Shown here in pieces: positions 32,667 through 43,533 of a stretch of 61,144 bases of DNA (position 1 is its first letter; every line of letters starts with the position of its first letter). Under the pieces are notes generated by a model. That model made no database searches. It saw only the letters and a program-made list of their open reading frames with translations, and was not told where the DNA came from. Position numbers and translations under genes: made by a program. Location: NCBI GenBank assembly GCA_022778905.1, contig JALFRV010000083.1, positions 1 through 61,144 of the forward strand. Reading direction: 5' to 3'. This stretch comes from Prevotella sp. GTDB taxonomy: Bacteria > Bacteroidota > Bacteroidia > Bacteroidales > Bacteroidaceae.

Positions 32667-32887
32667 GTCATATATCATTATGCGGGTAAGGCGCGAAGGC
32701 CGGTCCGCGAGGTTCACAACAATGGTCAGAAAAAACCAAACACTTGTCTGAACTCCTTCAATTCCTTGAACTCCAGAACGCCCAACGCGATGGCAAATGT
32801 CCAAGATCACCCAAACGCCACACCCCGATTTATCCTACCGAAATGGGGCTTTCAGCATGCCTCAAAAACAGTGCATTCCTTCGGCCC

Positions 32888-32974
32888 GCGCAGAGCTATG
32901 CTTTCGGCCGTCCATATGATAGCTCCGGGCCGCCCAAAGCATAGCTTTCGACGGCCGAAAGCATAGCTCTGCGC
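32888..32974. repeat. 87-bp four-box element, copy C
   Basis: GCGC-AGAGCTATGCTTT-CGGCCGTCC-ATATGATAGCTCC-GGGCCGCCC-AAAGCATAGCTTT-CGACGGCCG-AAAGCATAGCTCT-GCGC. Confidence 0.92.
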
Positions 32975-33084
32975 AGGCCATTGAAACCGAGCACCGAGAC
33001 AAAGAGACAACTTTCTGATTTACAAACAGATACACAGGCATGCACCAATGAGGTCGAAACGGCCGGCGAACCATAGCCCCTGCC

Positions 33085-33789
33085 CTACTTGATCACCTGA
33101 TACGACTTGCGGGCTTGGGCACGCGTGCGGAAGTTGAAATGCCACCACTCGGTGCGCAAAGGGCGGAAACCGGCGTAACGCATCACCTCGCGCAGGAGCT
33201 GACGGTTGCTCCGGGCCTGCCGGGAGATGAGCCGGCGGGCGACGAGCTGGTCTTCGCGGTCGATATGAGCGGCCTCTCCCATGTGGTCAATCCTGGTCCC
33301 CATGTCGATGGTGTCACCCCGGAGGGTGCAAAGCGTGAGGTCGACGGCCAGCCCGTAGTTGTGGAGGCCGCCGCCATGGGCCGGATTGGACACGTAGAAG
33401 TATTGGGGCGTGTGTTTCACCTTGTCCCACATCTTCTGCTGAATGGACATCGGGCGGGCCGCATCGTAGACTTTCAGACTGAGGTCGGGGCGCAGCTGCT
33501 TGAGCCGTTGCTGCGCCTTGCGGAGCGCACGCATGGCCTCCGGATGCAGGTAAGCCTCACGGAGATCGTCGTAGAGCACGGTGCCGGTGAAGTTGTCCGC
33601 ACGGGCATACATGAGCGAAACGAAGATGGAGGGATCGGACGTCTGCACGTTGACAAATCCGCGGCGCGCCAACGACTGCGCCGTCGGACTCAACGAGCCT
33701 CGTCGGGCGGCCGGGACAGACTGGCCGGCAGCCGCATCGGGCAGAAGCAGAAGGCCGGCGAGAAGGGAGAAAAGGAATCTGAAATTCAT
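33085..33789 (-). CDS. M15D D-Ala-D-Ala dipeptidase (VanX/DdpX-like), secreted
   Basis: Signal peptide from MNFRFLF; YA..DNFTG, YDAARP..IQ, HNYGLAVDLTL, EWWHF; TATTTTTG box at 33798-33805 on the minus strand. Confidence 0.88.
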   Translation of the reverse strand: MNFRFLFSLLAGLLLLPDAAAGQSVPAARRGSLSPTAQSLARRGFVNVQTSDPSIFVSLMYARADNFTGTVLYDDLREAYLHPEAMRALRKAQQRLKQLRPDLSLKVYDAARPMSIQQKMWDKVKHTPQYFYVSNPAHGGGLHNYGLAVDLTLCTLRGDTIDMGTRIDHMGEAAHIDREDQLVARRLISRQARSNRQLLREVMRYAGFRPLRTEWWHFNFRTRAQARKSYQVIK

Positions 33790-33887
33790 ACTGTCTGCAA
33801 AAATAGCAGAACTTTCGGAATATACAAAATATCGGTATCTGATTTTTGTACCTGCCGGGAAGCACGCCTCGGCACGGACTCTATGAT

Positions 33888-33982
33888 CCGGACGGCGCCA
33901 CGGGAAAAACCGGATAACGGGAGGGAAAGAACCGGGAGACGGTCCGTGAAGGGCCGGACAACGGTCCGTGAAGGGCCGGCTG
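33888..33982. repeat. 22-bp tandem repeat
   Basis: ACGGTCCGTGAAGGGCCGG at 33939 and 33961; CCGG at 33888, 33910, 33932, 33954, 33976. Confidence 0.7.
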
Positions 33983-34000
33983 GCATGTCGGGACATAACG

Positions 34001-34043
34001 AAAAATCCCCTGCCCCGCGGACTCCGGTCCACAGGCAGGGGAT
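34001..34043 (-). terminator. Rho-independent terminator of the sdh operon
   Basis: ATCCCCTGCC...GGCAGGGGAT stem with a T-tract on the minus strand. Confidence 0.75.
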
Positions 34044-34067
34044 CTGTCTGGTCATCGAAAGGATGAA

Positions 34068-34823
34068 TCAGTCGTTCAGCTTGGCCACTATGAACTCGCG
34101 GTTGAGGCGGGCAATGTTGGCAATAGACTCGTTCTTCGGGCACTCAGCCTCGCATGCGCGGGTGTTGGTGCAGTTGCCGAAGCCGAGCTCTTCCATCTTG
34201 GCCACCATGGCCTTGGCACGTCTGGCAGCCTCTGGACGTCCCTGCGGCAGGAGCGCGAGCTGGCTGACCTTCGACGAGACGAACAACATGGCTGATCCGT
34301 TCTTGCAGGCAGCTACGCAGCATCCGCATCCTATGCAGGTCGCAGCATCCATGGCTTCGTCGGCCTTTTCCTTCGGTATGAGGATCGCATTGGCATCCTG
34401 TGCCTGTCCCGTACGTACGGAAGTGTAGCCGCCGGCGGCAATGATCTTGTCGAAAGCAGTGCGGTCCACCATGCAGTCCTTGATGACGGGGAAGCCGGCC
34501 GAGCGCCAAGGCTCGACGGTGATCACATCACCATCATTGAAGCGGCGCATATAGAGCTGGCACGTGGTGGCACTCTGGGCGGGTCCATGCGCATGGCCAT
34601 TGATATAGAGTGAGCACATGCCGCAGATGCCCTCACGGCAATCGTGATCGAAAACGAAGGGCTCCTTGTTGTCCTCGATAAGCTGCTCGTTGAGGATGTC
34701 GAGCATTTCGAGAAATGAAGTGTCACCGGGAATGTCCTTCATCTCAAATGTATCAAAATGTCCCTTGGCTGCAGGACCGTTCTGACGCCATACTTTTAAT
34801 GTGAAAGAAATATTTTTATCCAT
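34068..34823 (-). CDS. sdhB: Succinate dehydrogenase/fumarate reductase Fe-S subunit
   Basis: [38 protein letters not shown]; start MDKNISF. Confidence 0.95.
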   Translation of the reverse strand: MDKNISFTLKVWRQNGPAAKGHFDTFEMKDIPGDTSFLEMLDILNEQLIEDNKEPFVFDHDCREGICGMCSLYINGHAHGPAQSATTCQLYMRRFNDGDVITVEPWRSAGFPVIKDCMVDRTAFDKIIAAGGYTSVRTGQAQDANAILIPKEKADEAMDAATCIGCGCCVAACKNGSAMLFVSSKVSQLALLPQGRPEAARRAKAMVAKMEELGFGNCTNTRACEAECPKNESIANIARLNREFIVAKLND

Positions 34824-34916
34824 TGTCTTTATTATTATTGATTGTGGACGATAGGTTACAATGAACGGGCTGCCATCAGACATGCCTGCTCCTCATAACA
34901 TCCTTTTGACATCCAG

Positions 34917-36863
34917 TTACTTCTTATAATTGCGAACCTGAACCTTGATATACTGGTAGTCGAGCGGCTCCTTGAGCAACTCGGGGGCTTCATCATCAGA
35001 GCCCTTGTACTGCCAGCAGGCAACATACATGTAGTTTTCGTCGTCACGTTTGGCTTCGCCTTCCTCCGTCTGAGACTCCTCGCGGAAGTGACCGCCGCAG
35101 CTTTCGTTACGGTTCAACGCATCATAAGCGATCAGCTCACCCATCGTGATGAAGTCGCGCAGGTGGATGGCCTTGTCGAGTTCGACATTCAGTCCTTCCT
35201 TCTCACCCGGCACGCGGACACGCTCGTTGAACTCCTTGCGGATGTCCTTGAGCATCTTCAGCGCCTTGCGAAGGCTCTCCTCGCTGCGCGCCATGCCTAC
35301 ATAGTCCCACATGATGTGATAGAGTTTCTTGTGGATAGAATCCACGCTCTCGTCACCCTTGATGTTGTAGATGCGGTCAATCTCGGCCTGAACGGCATTC
35401 TCAGCTTCCACGAACTCGGGCAGATCGGTAGAGAAGCGGGGAACGGTGATCTGGTCAGAGAGATAATTCTGCATGGTGTAGGGGATCACGAAGTATCCGT
35501 CGCTCAGTCCTTGCATCAACGCCGAAGCACCCAGACGGTTGGCACCGTGATCGGAGAAGTTGCACTCGCCGAGGGCGAAAAGACCCTTCACGCTGGTCTG
35601 AAGTTCATAGTCGACCCAGATGCCGCCCATTGTGTAGTGGATGGCAGGGAAGATCATCATCGGGTTTTCATAAGGATTGACGTCGGTGATCTCTTCATAC
35701 ATGTCGAAGAGGTTGCCATATCGTTCTGCCACGCGGTCCTTGCCCAAACGCTGGATGGCTTCCGAGAAATCGAGGAACACGGCAAGGCCGGTGTTGTTGA
35801 CACCGAAGCCCTTGTCCGTGCGCTCCTTTGCGGCACGCGAAGCAACGTCGCGCGGAACGAGGTTACCGAACGCAGGGTAGCGCCGTTCGAGGTAATAGTC
35901 GCGGTCTTCTTCAGGAATATCACGGCCCTCAAGGGTGCCGGCCTGCAGCTTCTTGGCATCTTCAAGCTTCTTGGGAACCCAGATACGACCGTCGTTACGC
36001 AGCGACTCGGACATCAGGGTCAGCTTTGACTGCTTGTCTCCATGTACCGGAATGCAGGTCGGATGGATCTGCACGAAAGCCGGGTTGGCAAACCAGGCTC
36101 CCTTGCGGTAGCACTGCATGGCTGCCGTACAGTTGCATCCCATGGCGTTGGTGGACAGGAAGTAGGTGTTGCCGTATCCTCCGGTCGCGATGCAGACGGC
36201 ATGTGCAGCATAGCGCTCTAACTTCCCGGTCACCAGGTTCTTTGCAATGATACCGCGGGCACGGCCGTCAATGATGACCAAATCTTCCATTTCGGTGCGC
36301 GTGTGGAGCTCCACCTTACCGTTGTTCACCTCTTTCATCAACGACGAATAAGCGCCGAGCAGCAGCTGCTGACCCGTCTGGCCCTTCGCATAGAATGTAC
36401 GACAAACCTGCACGCCGCCGAATGAGCGGTTGGCAAGCATGCCGCCGTATTCACGGGCGAATGGTACGCCCTGGGCAACACACTGGTCAATGATGCTCGC
36501 ACTCACCTCGGCCAAACGATAGACGTTAGCTTCGCGGGCACGATAGTCACCACCTTTGATCGTATCATAGAACAAACGGTAGACCGAGTCACCGTCGTTT
36601 TGATAGTTCTTAGCTGCATTGATTCCACCCTGGGCGGCAATGGAGTGAGCACGACGAGGGGAATCCTGGATACACAAGTTGATCACATGGAAGCCCATCT
36701 CACCCAAGGAAGCGGCAGCACTGGCACCGGCCAGACCCGTCCCGACAACAATGATGTCGAGCTTGCGCTTGTTTGCGGGATTTACCAATTTCTGATGAGC
36801 CTTATAATTAGTCCATTTCTCGGCCAACGGGCCCTCTGGAATCTTAGAATCTATTTGTGTCAT
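34917..36863 (-). CDS. sdhA: Succinate dehydrogenase/fumarate reductase flavoprotein subunit
   Basis: [48 protein letters not shown]. Confidence 0.96.
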   Translation of the reverse strand: MTQIDSKIPEGPLAEKWTNYKAHQKLVNPANKRKLDIIVVGTGLAGASAAASLGEMGFHVINLCIQDSPRRAHSIAAQGGINAAKNYQNDGDSVYRLFYDTIKGGDYRAREANVYRLAEVSASIIDQCVAQGVPFAREYGGMLANRSFGGVQVCRTFYAKGQTGQQLLLGAYSSLMKEVNNGKVELHTRTEMEDLVIIDGRARGIIAKNLVTGKLERYAAHAVCIATGGYGNTYFLSTNAMGCNCTAAMQCYRKGAWFANPAFVQIHPTCIPVHGDKQSKLTLMSESLRNDGRIWVPKKLEDAKKLQAGTLEGRDIPEEDRDYYLERRYPAFGNLVPRDVASRAAKERTDKGFGVNNTGLAVFLDFSEAIQRLGKDRVAERYGNLFDMYEEITDVNPYENPMMIFPAIHYTMGGIWVDYELQTSVKGLFALGECNFSDHGANRLGASALMQGLSDGYFVIPYTMQNYLSDQITVPRFSTDLPEFVEAENAVQAEIDRIYNIKGDESVDSIHKKLYHIMWDYVGMARSEESLRKALKMLKDIRKEFNERVRVPGEKEGLNVELDKAIHLRDFITMGELIAYDALNRNESCGGHFREESQTEEGEAKRDDENYMYVACWQYKGSDDEAPELLKEPLDYQYIKVQVRNYKK

Positions 36864-36904
36864 AATCTATTCGAAATGATGTTTTTTGATTGAAGAAATG
36901 TGAA

Positions 36905-37588
36905 TTAAGCACAGCACATGCTGGGCGCAAAGCCTAACCAGAACGAAAGAACGAGGATCGCGTAGATACCCATCAGAATCGTTACATACACCAGACCGAT
37001 GCACTGCCAACGCTTCAGCCAGATCTTACCGCTGACGCCTAACGTCTGCATAGCACTCCAGAAGCCATGGGAAAGATGGAACCAGATGGCAACAATCCAA
37101 ATCAGATAGAGGATCGAGAAGACAGGATTGGAGAACGTATCCTGAATCCATGCGAAACCGTCCGACGGACTATGGGCGACCTGCATGCCTGTCAACTCGG
37201 CGAACATCATATGTCCCCAGAAGTTGTAAAGATGAAGAATCAGGCCCAAGAGGATAATGATACCCAGGACGAGCATGTTCTGCGAAGCCCACGAGACTTC
37301 AGGACGACGAGCCGAAACGGCATAACGCTCACTGCCACGAGCACGAAGATTCTGCGCTGTCAGTATGAAAGCGTAGACGATGTGGCATACTGCCAGAAAG
37401 GCAAGGCCAACAGTACCGGCTACCGCATACCAATGGGCACCCAGAAACTCGCATACAACGTTATACGCTTCTCCAGAAAAGAAAGCCGCAACATTCATGC
37501 AACAGTGGAACGTCAAGAATAGAATAAGACAAATGCCAGTGACTGACATTACCACTTTTCTACCAATAGGTGAATTGATTAACCACAT
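36905..37588 (-). CDS. sdhC: Succinate dehydrogenase/fumarate reductase cytochrome b subunit
   Basis: SPIGRKVVMSVTG, TM helices with His ligands, HLSHGFWSAMQTLG. Confidence 0.93.
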   Translation of the reverse strand: MWLINSPIGRKVVMSVTGICLILFLTFHCCMNVAAFFSGEAYNVVCEFLGAHWYAVAGTVGLAFLAVCHIVYAFILTAQNLRARGSERYAVSARRPEVSWASQNMLVLGIIILLGLILHLYNFWGHMMFAELTGMQVAHSPSDGFAWIQDTFSNPVFSILYLIWIVAIWFHLSHGFWSAMQTLGVSGKIWLKRWQCIGLVYVTILMGIYAILVLSFWLGFAPSMCCA

Positions 37589-37720
37589 AGATGATTTTGA
37601 ATTTTAAATATTTAACTGATAAAAATAATTCAATAAAAAAGGGAGAAGCAATCATTGCGCTCCTATCCTTGATTCTTTCGGCTCCTGATGAATGATATTT
37701 TTCCCATGATCTATGGTGTG

Positions 37721-37790
37721 CAAAAATACTATATTTTAGTGATAAATCAAAGTAAAACCTATAAAAATTCGATTTTATTTCTTACTTTTG
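37721..37790. promoter_or_regulatory. Divergent sigma-A -7 boxes for sdhC and mnmG
   Basis: TATTTTTG on minus at 37721-37728; TACTTTTG on plus at 37783-37790, within an AT-rich spacer. Confidence 0.6.
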
Positions 37791-37811
37791 CGGAAAATAA
37801 AATATTGCATC

Positions 37812-39683
37812 ATGGATTTTTTCTACGACGTCATCGTCATCGGGGGAGGACATGCCGGCTGCGAAGCCGCATGCGCTGCCGCCAACATGGGAGCAAGAAC
37901 CTGCCTGATCACAATGGACATGAACAAGGTAGGGCAGATGAGTTGCAACCCCGCAGTTGGCGGAATCGCCAAAGGGCAGATCGTACGCGAGATCGATGCG
38001 TTAGGTGGGCAGATGGCAGAGGTAACAGATGCCACCGCCATACAATTCAGAATGCTCAATGTAGGCAAGGGACCGGCCGTCTGGAGTCCACGCGCGCAGT
38101 GTGATCGTGGCAAATTCATCTGGCAATGGAGATCCATTCTGGACCGCACGCCGAATCTTGACATCTGGCAAGACCAGGCAGACGAACTGCTCGTAGAGCA
38201 AGGCCAGGCTGTCGGCGTGCGCACGATCTGGGGCGTAAACTTCCATGCCAAAAGCACCATCATCACCGCCGGCACCTTCCTCAACGGGCTGATGCATGTC
38301 GGGCGACATCAATATCCCGGGGGAAGAAGTGCCGAACCGGCCGTCTACCACTTCACGGAAAGCATCACGAAATGGGGCGTCAGATCCTACAGAATGAAGA
38401 CGGGGACTCCGGTCAGGATTGACAAACGCAGCGTACATTTCGAGGATATGACGCTCCAACCGGGCGAATCGGGATTCCATCAGTTCAGTTACATGGGTAC
38501 GAAGCGCACCTTAAAGCAGCTTCCATGCTGGACCTGCTACACCAATTCCGAAGTTCACGAGACCCTGAGAGCACGCTTAGACGACTCTCCCCTATTCAAC
38601 GGGCAGATCCAGAGCACCGGTCCGCGCTACTGTCCGTCCATCGAAACGAAGCTCGTCACATTCCCCGACAAGGACCAGCATCCGCTTTTTCTCGAACCGG
38701 AAGGTGAAGATACCAACGAGATGTATCTCAACGGCTTCTCCTCAAGCATGCCTATGGATGTCCAATTGGACGCCATTCACAAGATCCCTGCATTGCGCGA
38801 CGCAAAGGTCTATCGTCCCGGATACGCGATAGAATATGATTATTTTGATCCCACTCAACTGAAGCATTCGTTAGAATCCAAAGTGCTGGCCGGCCTGTTC
38901 TTTGCCGGTCAGGTCAACGGAACAACCGGATACGAGGAGGCCGGAGGCCAAGGGATCGTCGCAGGTATCAACGCCGCCATCTACTGTAGTGGCGGATCAC
39001 CCTTCATCATGCATCGTGACGAATCCTATATCGGCGTCTTGATCGATGACTTAACGACCAAAGGGGTCGACGAGCCCTATCGGATGTTCACGTCGAGAGC
39101 CGAATATCGCATTCTCTTACGACAGGACAACGCCGACTCGAGACTCACGGAGCGGTCTTATCAGACAGGATTGGCAACGCGGGAAAGATACGGATGGTGG
39201 AAAGAAAAGGAGGATGCGATCGGGAGAATCATCGATTTTTGCGACAATACACCGGTGAAGCCGGCTGAAATCAACAGTGCGCTCGAATCCGCAGACACAT
39301 CTCCCATCCGGACGGGATGCAAGATCTCCGACCTCATCGGGCGTCCCCAGATCACTCTCAACACACTCTCCGAGGCCATCCCTGCATTGAAACAGATCCT
39401 CGAGACATTGCCCAACCGGCAGGAAGAAATTACAGAAGCCGCCGAAATACGCATCAAATATAAAGGCTATGTGGAACGCGAGAAACTCGTAGCCGACAAG
39501 ATGCGTCGCTTGGAAAACATACGGATCAAGGGCCATTTCAATTATAGCGAACTGCGAGAGATATCCACTGAAGGCCGGCAAAAGTTGGAACGGATCGACC
39601 CCGAGACTTTGGCGCAGGCCAGCAGAATACCCGGCGTGTCTCCGAGCGACATCAATGTGCTGCTCGTACTGTTGAACCGGTAA
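37812..39683 (+). CDS. mnmG: tRNA uridine-5-carboxymethylaminomethyl(34) synthesis enzyme MnmG (GidA)
   Basis: VIGGGHAGCEAA, MSCNPAVGGIAKG, GPRYCPSIETK, AGQVNGTTGYEEA, YRMFTSRAEYR. Confidence 0.97.
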   Translation: MDFFYDVIVIGGGHAGCEAACAAANMGARTCLITMDMNKVGQMSCNPAVGGIAKGQIVREIDALGGQMAEVTDATAIQFRMLNVGKGPAVWSPRAQCDRGKFIWQWRSILDRTPNLDIWQDQADELLVEQGQAVGVRTIWGVNFHAKSTIITAGTFLNGLMHVGRHQYPGGRSAEPAVYHFTESITKWGVRSYRMKTGTPVRIDKRSVHFEDMTLQPGESGFHQFSYMGTKRTLKQLPCWTCYTNSEVHETLRARLDDSPLFNGQIQSTGPRYCPSIETKLVTFPDKDQHPLFLEPEGEDTNEMYLNGFSSSMPMDVQLDAIHKIPALRDAKVYRPGYAIEYDYFDPTQLKHSLESKVLAGLFFAGQVNGTTGYEEAGGQGIVAGINAAIYCSGGSPFIMHRDESYIGVLIDDLTTKGVDEPYRMFTSRAEYRILLRQDNADSRLTERSYQTGLATRERYGWWKEKEDAIGRIIDFCDNTPVKPAEINSALESADTSPIRTGCKISDLIGRPQITLNTLSEAIPALKQILETLPNRQEEITEAAEIRIKYKGYVEREKLVADKMRRLENIRIKGHFNYSELREISTEGRQKLERIDPETLAQASRIPGVSPSDINVLLVLLNR

Positions 39684-39716
39684 AACCGCACCAACCCAAC
39701 GCAGAGGATGCAGATT

Positions 39717-39732
39717 TGTTTCACGTGAAACA
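39717..39732. promoter_or_regulatory. parS site (ParB binding)
   Basis: Perfect palindrome TGTTTCACGTGAAACA, identical to the canonical parS consensus. Confidence 0.88.
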
Positions 39733-39973
39733 GAAGATTCGTTTTGATCAGCAAGCAGTTAGCTAAATGCAAAACAAAAGAACGACTCTGGGAAAGAAAA
39801 GAATTTGATTTGTCGATGAAAAGGAATTGTTTCTGAAAACAGCAAGAATGCCTTGAAAGATGTGAATAAATAATTTCACTCACCAAGAAGCACGATGCGA
39901 AGGGACAAAAAGACAAATCAGAAGTCTGCAGACAAACAATCATAAGATGCCAGATATAGCATCAAATAATTAT

Positions 39974-40149
39974 GAACATATAACGACAAAGCCACAGATA
40001 TACAACGGTGAAACCACGGGCATGCAGCAACGAGGCTACAGATATGTAATGACGAGACCGCGGGCATACAGCGATGAGACCGCAGGCATATCAACAAAAA
40101 GTCGCGTACGTTTAACAATGAGACCGCAGATATATCATGGCGAACCGAC
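39974..40149. repeat. Degenerate 22-bp tandem array (8 units)
   Basis: Units such as AGATATACAACGGTGAAACCAC / GGGCATGCAGCAACGAGGCTAC / AGATATGTAATGACGAGACCGC / GGGCATACAGCGATGAGACCGC. Confidence 0.75.
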
Positions 40150-40270
40150 CGAGGCGTCATCAAAAGGTTGCGGGTGCATCATCAAGCGGCTGAGGAGATG
40201 CCGCCTGCCGCTCACAAAGGATAATTCCAAACGGAAGAAAAGACAGAAAAAGTCAACTAAAAATATAGAA

Positions 40271-40801
40271 ATGAACAACGAAGTATTATTAAGAAATCTG
40301 CGATCCATACAGGATTGGCCGATCAAAGGGGTAAATTTCCGCGATGTAACCACACTGTTCAAGAGTGCCGAATGCTTGCGCCTGATCACCGACGAGATGT
40401 ATGAGCTCTACAAAGACAAAGGCATTACGAAGATCGTAGGCATCGAAAGCCGCGGCTTCGTGATGTCTTCGGCCGTGGCATTGCGATTGGGCGCCGGCGT
40501 CGTATTGTGCCGGAAGCCGGGCAAACTGCCTTGCGAGACCGTCCAGGAGAGCTACGCCAAGGAATACGGAATTGACACCATCGAGATCCACAAGGATGCT
40601 GTCGACGAGAATGACATCATCCTTCTGCATGACGACCTGTTGGCGACGGGCGGCACGATGAAAGCTGCGTGTGACTTGGTAAAGAAGTTTCACCCGAAGA
40701 AAATATACGCCAACTTCATCATCGAGCTGCAAAGCGAGTTCCCGGAAAGCAGACTTCAGTTTGACAAGGATGTAGAGATCACCTCCATCCTGAAGTTTTA
40801 A
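40271..40801 (+). CDS. apt: Adenine phosphoribosyltransferase
   Basis: DWPIKGVNFRDVTTL, GIESRGF, RKPGKLP, LHDDLLATGGT; the ORF-track N-terminal extension runs through the repeat array. Confidence 0.95.
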   Translation: MNNEVLLRNLRSIQDWPIKGVNFRDVTTLFKSAECLRLITDEMYELYKDKGITKIVGIESRGFVMSSAVALRLGAGVVLCRKPGKLPCETVQESYAKEYGIDTIEIHKDAVDENDIILLHDDLLATGGTMKAACDLVKKFHPKKIYANFIIELQSEFPESRLQFDKDVEITSILKF

Positions 40802-40925
40802 GCATTGGCGAAACATTACTTAAGCAATGACAAAACATTCCCGAGTGACACAGACCGATCGGAAACTGGCCTCCCACAGGGGATGACAGGGCGGAGCTGC
40901 CCGAAGATGCAGACGGCCAAAGGAC

Positions 40926-40941
40926 CGTTTCACGTGAAACA
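40926..40941. promoter_or_regulatory. parS site (second copy)
   Basis: CGTTTCACGTGAAACA, one mismatch to consensus. Confidence 0.83.
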
Positions 40942-40979
40942 ACAATTATCCTTTCGACAGAAAAAAGGGTGAAAGAAAG

Positions 40980-42833
40980 ATGAACAGAGAAGACAACGAG
41001 AAGCGGCTTGCGTATCTCAAGAATATCGTAGCCAACATGCCCGAAAAGCCTGGAAGCTACCAGTTCTATGACGAGAACCATACGATCATATATGTAGGGA
41101 AGGCAAAGAACCTGAAGAAACGGGTCGCTTCTTACTTTCTGAAAGAGGTGGACCGGTTCAAGACGCAGGTACTCGTGAGCAAGATACGTGACATCAGTTA
41201 CACCGTGGTCAACACGGAGGAGGACGCACTGTTGCTCGAAAACAGTCTCATCAAGAAGTACAACCCGCGCTACAACGTGCTGCTGAAAGACGGAAAGACC
41301 TACCCCAGCATCTGCGTGACCAACGAATACCTGCCCCGGATCTTCAAAACGCGCAAGATAAACAAGCAGTTCGGCTCCTACTATGGGCCGTATTCGAACT
41401 TGGCATCCATGTACAACATGCTCGACTTGATCAAGAAGGTATTCAAGCCGCGGCAGTGCAGGATGCCCATAACGAAGGAAGGCATCGAGCAGAGGAAGTA
41501 TAAGCCGTGTTTGGAGTACCACATTCACAACTGCTTAGGACCGTGCGTGAGCAAGCAAAGCTACGAGGACTATCAGGAGAACATGCGCCAGATCAGGGAA
41601 GTGCTGAAGGGAAACACCCGCGAACTGAGCGAATGGCTCTTCGACGAGATGTCAAAGAAGGCCGAAGAGCTGAAATTTGAGGAAGCCGAAGCATTGAAAC
41701 AGCGCTATCTCCTGCTCCAGAACTACGTCTCGAAGAGCGAAGTGGTCAGCCATACGATCAATGATGCCGACGTCTTCACCATCGTCGACGACGGCGGGAA
41801 CAAGAATGCGTATGTCAATTATATACACGTCAAGAACGGCACGATCAACCAGAGCTTCACCTTCGAGTATAAAAGGAAGCTGGCGGAGACCGACGCCGAA
41901 CTGCTCAACATCGCCATTCCGGAGATCCGAAGCCGCTTCAAAAGCACCGCAAAAGAGGTCATTGTGCCCTTCGAAATGGACTGGAAGTTGAAAGACGCCA
42001 CGTTTTTCGTACCGCAAAGAGGTGATAAAAAGCACCTCTTGGAGCTTTCGGAGATGAACGGGAAGCAGTATAAGTTTGACCGGCTGAAGCAAGCCGAGAA
42101 GCTCAATCCGGAGCAGAAGCAGACCCACCTCATGAAGGAGCTGCAGGAGAAACTGCAACTTCCGAAGCTCCCCTATCAGATCGAGTGCTTCGACAACTCG
42201 AATATCTCGGGGGCGGATGCCGTCGCAGCGTGCATCGTCTTCAAGGCTATGAAACCGTCGAAGAAGGACTATCGGAAATACAACATCAAGACGGTGACCG
42301 GCCCGGACGATTATGCGTCGATGCAGGAGGTCGTGCGCCGCCGCTACAGACGGATCATCGAGGAGGACGGCACACTGCCCGACCTCATCCTGACCGATGG
42401 CGGAAAGGGGCAGATGGAGGTGGTCAGGGAGGTCATCGAGGACGAAATGCACCTCGAAATTCCCATTGCCGGATTGGCCAAAAACGAACGTCACCGCACC
42501 AACGAACTGCTTTACGGCTGGCCTCCTCGCGTCATCGGGCTGAAGACAGACAGCGAACTCTTCCACGTCCTCACACAAATTCAGGACGAGGTTCACCGCT
42601 TCGCCATCTCCTTCCACCGTGACAAGCGCTCCAAGCACGCATTGCACAGTGAGCTGGACGACATCAAGGGCATCGGACCCAAGGCCAAAGAAGCGCTCAC
42701 GAAGGCCTTCAAGACCACCAAGAGGATGAAAGAAGCTGATATTCAAGAGCTTACAGAATCCATTGGAGCTGCGAAGGCGAAGATCCTTTTCGACCACTTC
42801 CACGCAGGCAATGAATCGTCCGCCACTACATAG
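40980..42833 (+). CDS. uvrC: Excinuclease ABC subunit C
   Basis: GIY-YIG PGSYQF..IIYVGKAKNLKKRVASYF, ECFDNSN, DGGKGQ, DEVHRFAI, HhH IKGIGPK. Confidence 0.97.
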   Translation: MNREDNEKRLAYLKNIVANMPEKPGSYQFYDENHTIIYVGKAKNLKKRVASYFLKEVDRFKTQVLVSKIRDISYTVVNTEEDALLLENSLIKKYNPRYNVLLKDGKTYPSICVTNEYLPRIFKTRKINKQFGSYYGPYSNLASMYNMLDLIKKVFKPRQCRMPITKEGIEQRKYKPCLEYHIHNCLGPCVSKQSYEDYQENMRQIREVLKGNTRELSEWLFDEMSKKAEELKFEEAEALKQRYLLLQNYVSKSEVVSHTINDADVFTIVDDGGNKNAYVNYIHVKNGTINQSFTFEYKRKLAETDAELLNIAIPEIRSRFKSTAKEVIVPFEMDWKLKDATFFVPQRGDKKHLLELSEMNGKQYKFDRLKQAEKLNPEQKQTHLMKELQEKLQLPKLPYQIECFDNSNISGADAVAACIVFKAMKPSKKDYRKYNIKTVTGPDDYASMQEVVRRRYRRIIEEDGTLPDLILTDGGKGQMEVVREVIEDEMHLEIPIAGLAKNERHRTNELLYGWPPRVIGLKTDSELFHVLTQIQDEVHRFAISFHRDKRSKHALHSELDDIKGIGPKAKEALTKAFKTTKRMKEADIQELTESIGAAKAKILFDHFHAGNESSATT

Positions 42834-42907
42834 GAACTCAGCCCGACGCCTCGAAAATATTGGATCATAAACACTCCTTTCTCAAAATAAACTGCTATAT
42901 TTGCAAC

Positions 42908-43360
42908 ATGAGAATCGTTATCCAGCGTGTCAGTCATGCCTCCGTGACCATTGACGGATGTGAAAAATCACACATCGGCAAAGGCTACCTCATCCTTTTG
43001 GGAATCGAAAACACTGATAGTCAGGAAGATATAGATTGGCTGGCAAAGAAAGTCGTAGGACTTCGGGTCTTCGAAGACGAAAACGGCGTGATGAACCTGC
43101 CCATTGGGGAAGTCGATGGTGACGTCATCGTCGTCAGCCAGTTTACGCTCATGGCAAGCTATAAGAAAGGCAACCGGCCCAGTTGGCTGCGTGCCGCCAC
43201 CCACGACATTGCAATCCCGCTCTACGAGGCCTTCTGCAAGACACTCGCTGAGCAATTGGGCAAACCGGTGGGAACAGGCGAATTTGGGGCTGACATGAAA
43301 GTGGAATTGCTGAATGACGGACCGGTTACCATTTGCATGGACACTAAAAACAAAGAATAA
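42908..43360 (+). CDS. dtd: D-aminoacyl-tRNA deacylase
   Basis: MRIVIQRV, VSQFTL, GEFGADMKVELLNDGPVT; TATATTTG box at 42896. Confidence 0.95.
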   Translation: MRIVIQRVSHASVTIDGCEKSHIGKGYLILLGIENTDSQEDIDWLAKKVVGLRVFEDENGVMNLPIGEVDGDVIVVSQFTLMASYKKGNRPSWLRAATHDIAIPLYEAFCKTLAEQLGKPVGTGEFGADMKVELLNDGPVTICMDTKNKE

Positions 43361-43533
43361 AAGCCAATGGAAGACCCGCACTACCGTCTCACAGCAGCTC
43401 TCATCGGCATCTGCTTTGACACGCTCTACGTAAAAAAGGGATTCAAAAAGACCGCCATCAGAACCCGCGAAGCAGCAGCCTGCTGCAGCATGGCCACCGC
43501 TCTATCATCGTCAACAAACCTAATTTGACCACT

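Noticed and set aside
33085-33789. Vancomycin resistance locus
   Set aside because: Lone M15D peptidase without vanH/vanA/vanRS.
37589-37811. oriC in the AT-rich sdhC-mnmG spacer
   Set aside because: No DnaA-box cluster seen; the AT-richness is explained by divergent promoters. Not excluded, but unsupported.
39947-40270. N-terminal extension of Apt in the ORF track (similarly for vanX, sdhB, the methyltransferase and DUF3108)
   Set aside because: The extensions run through repeat or promoter DNA; family-typical starts lie downstream.
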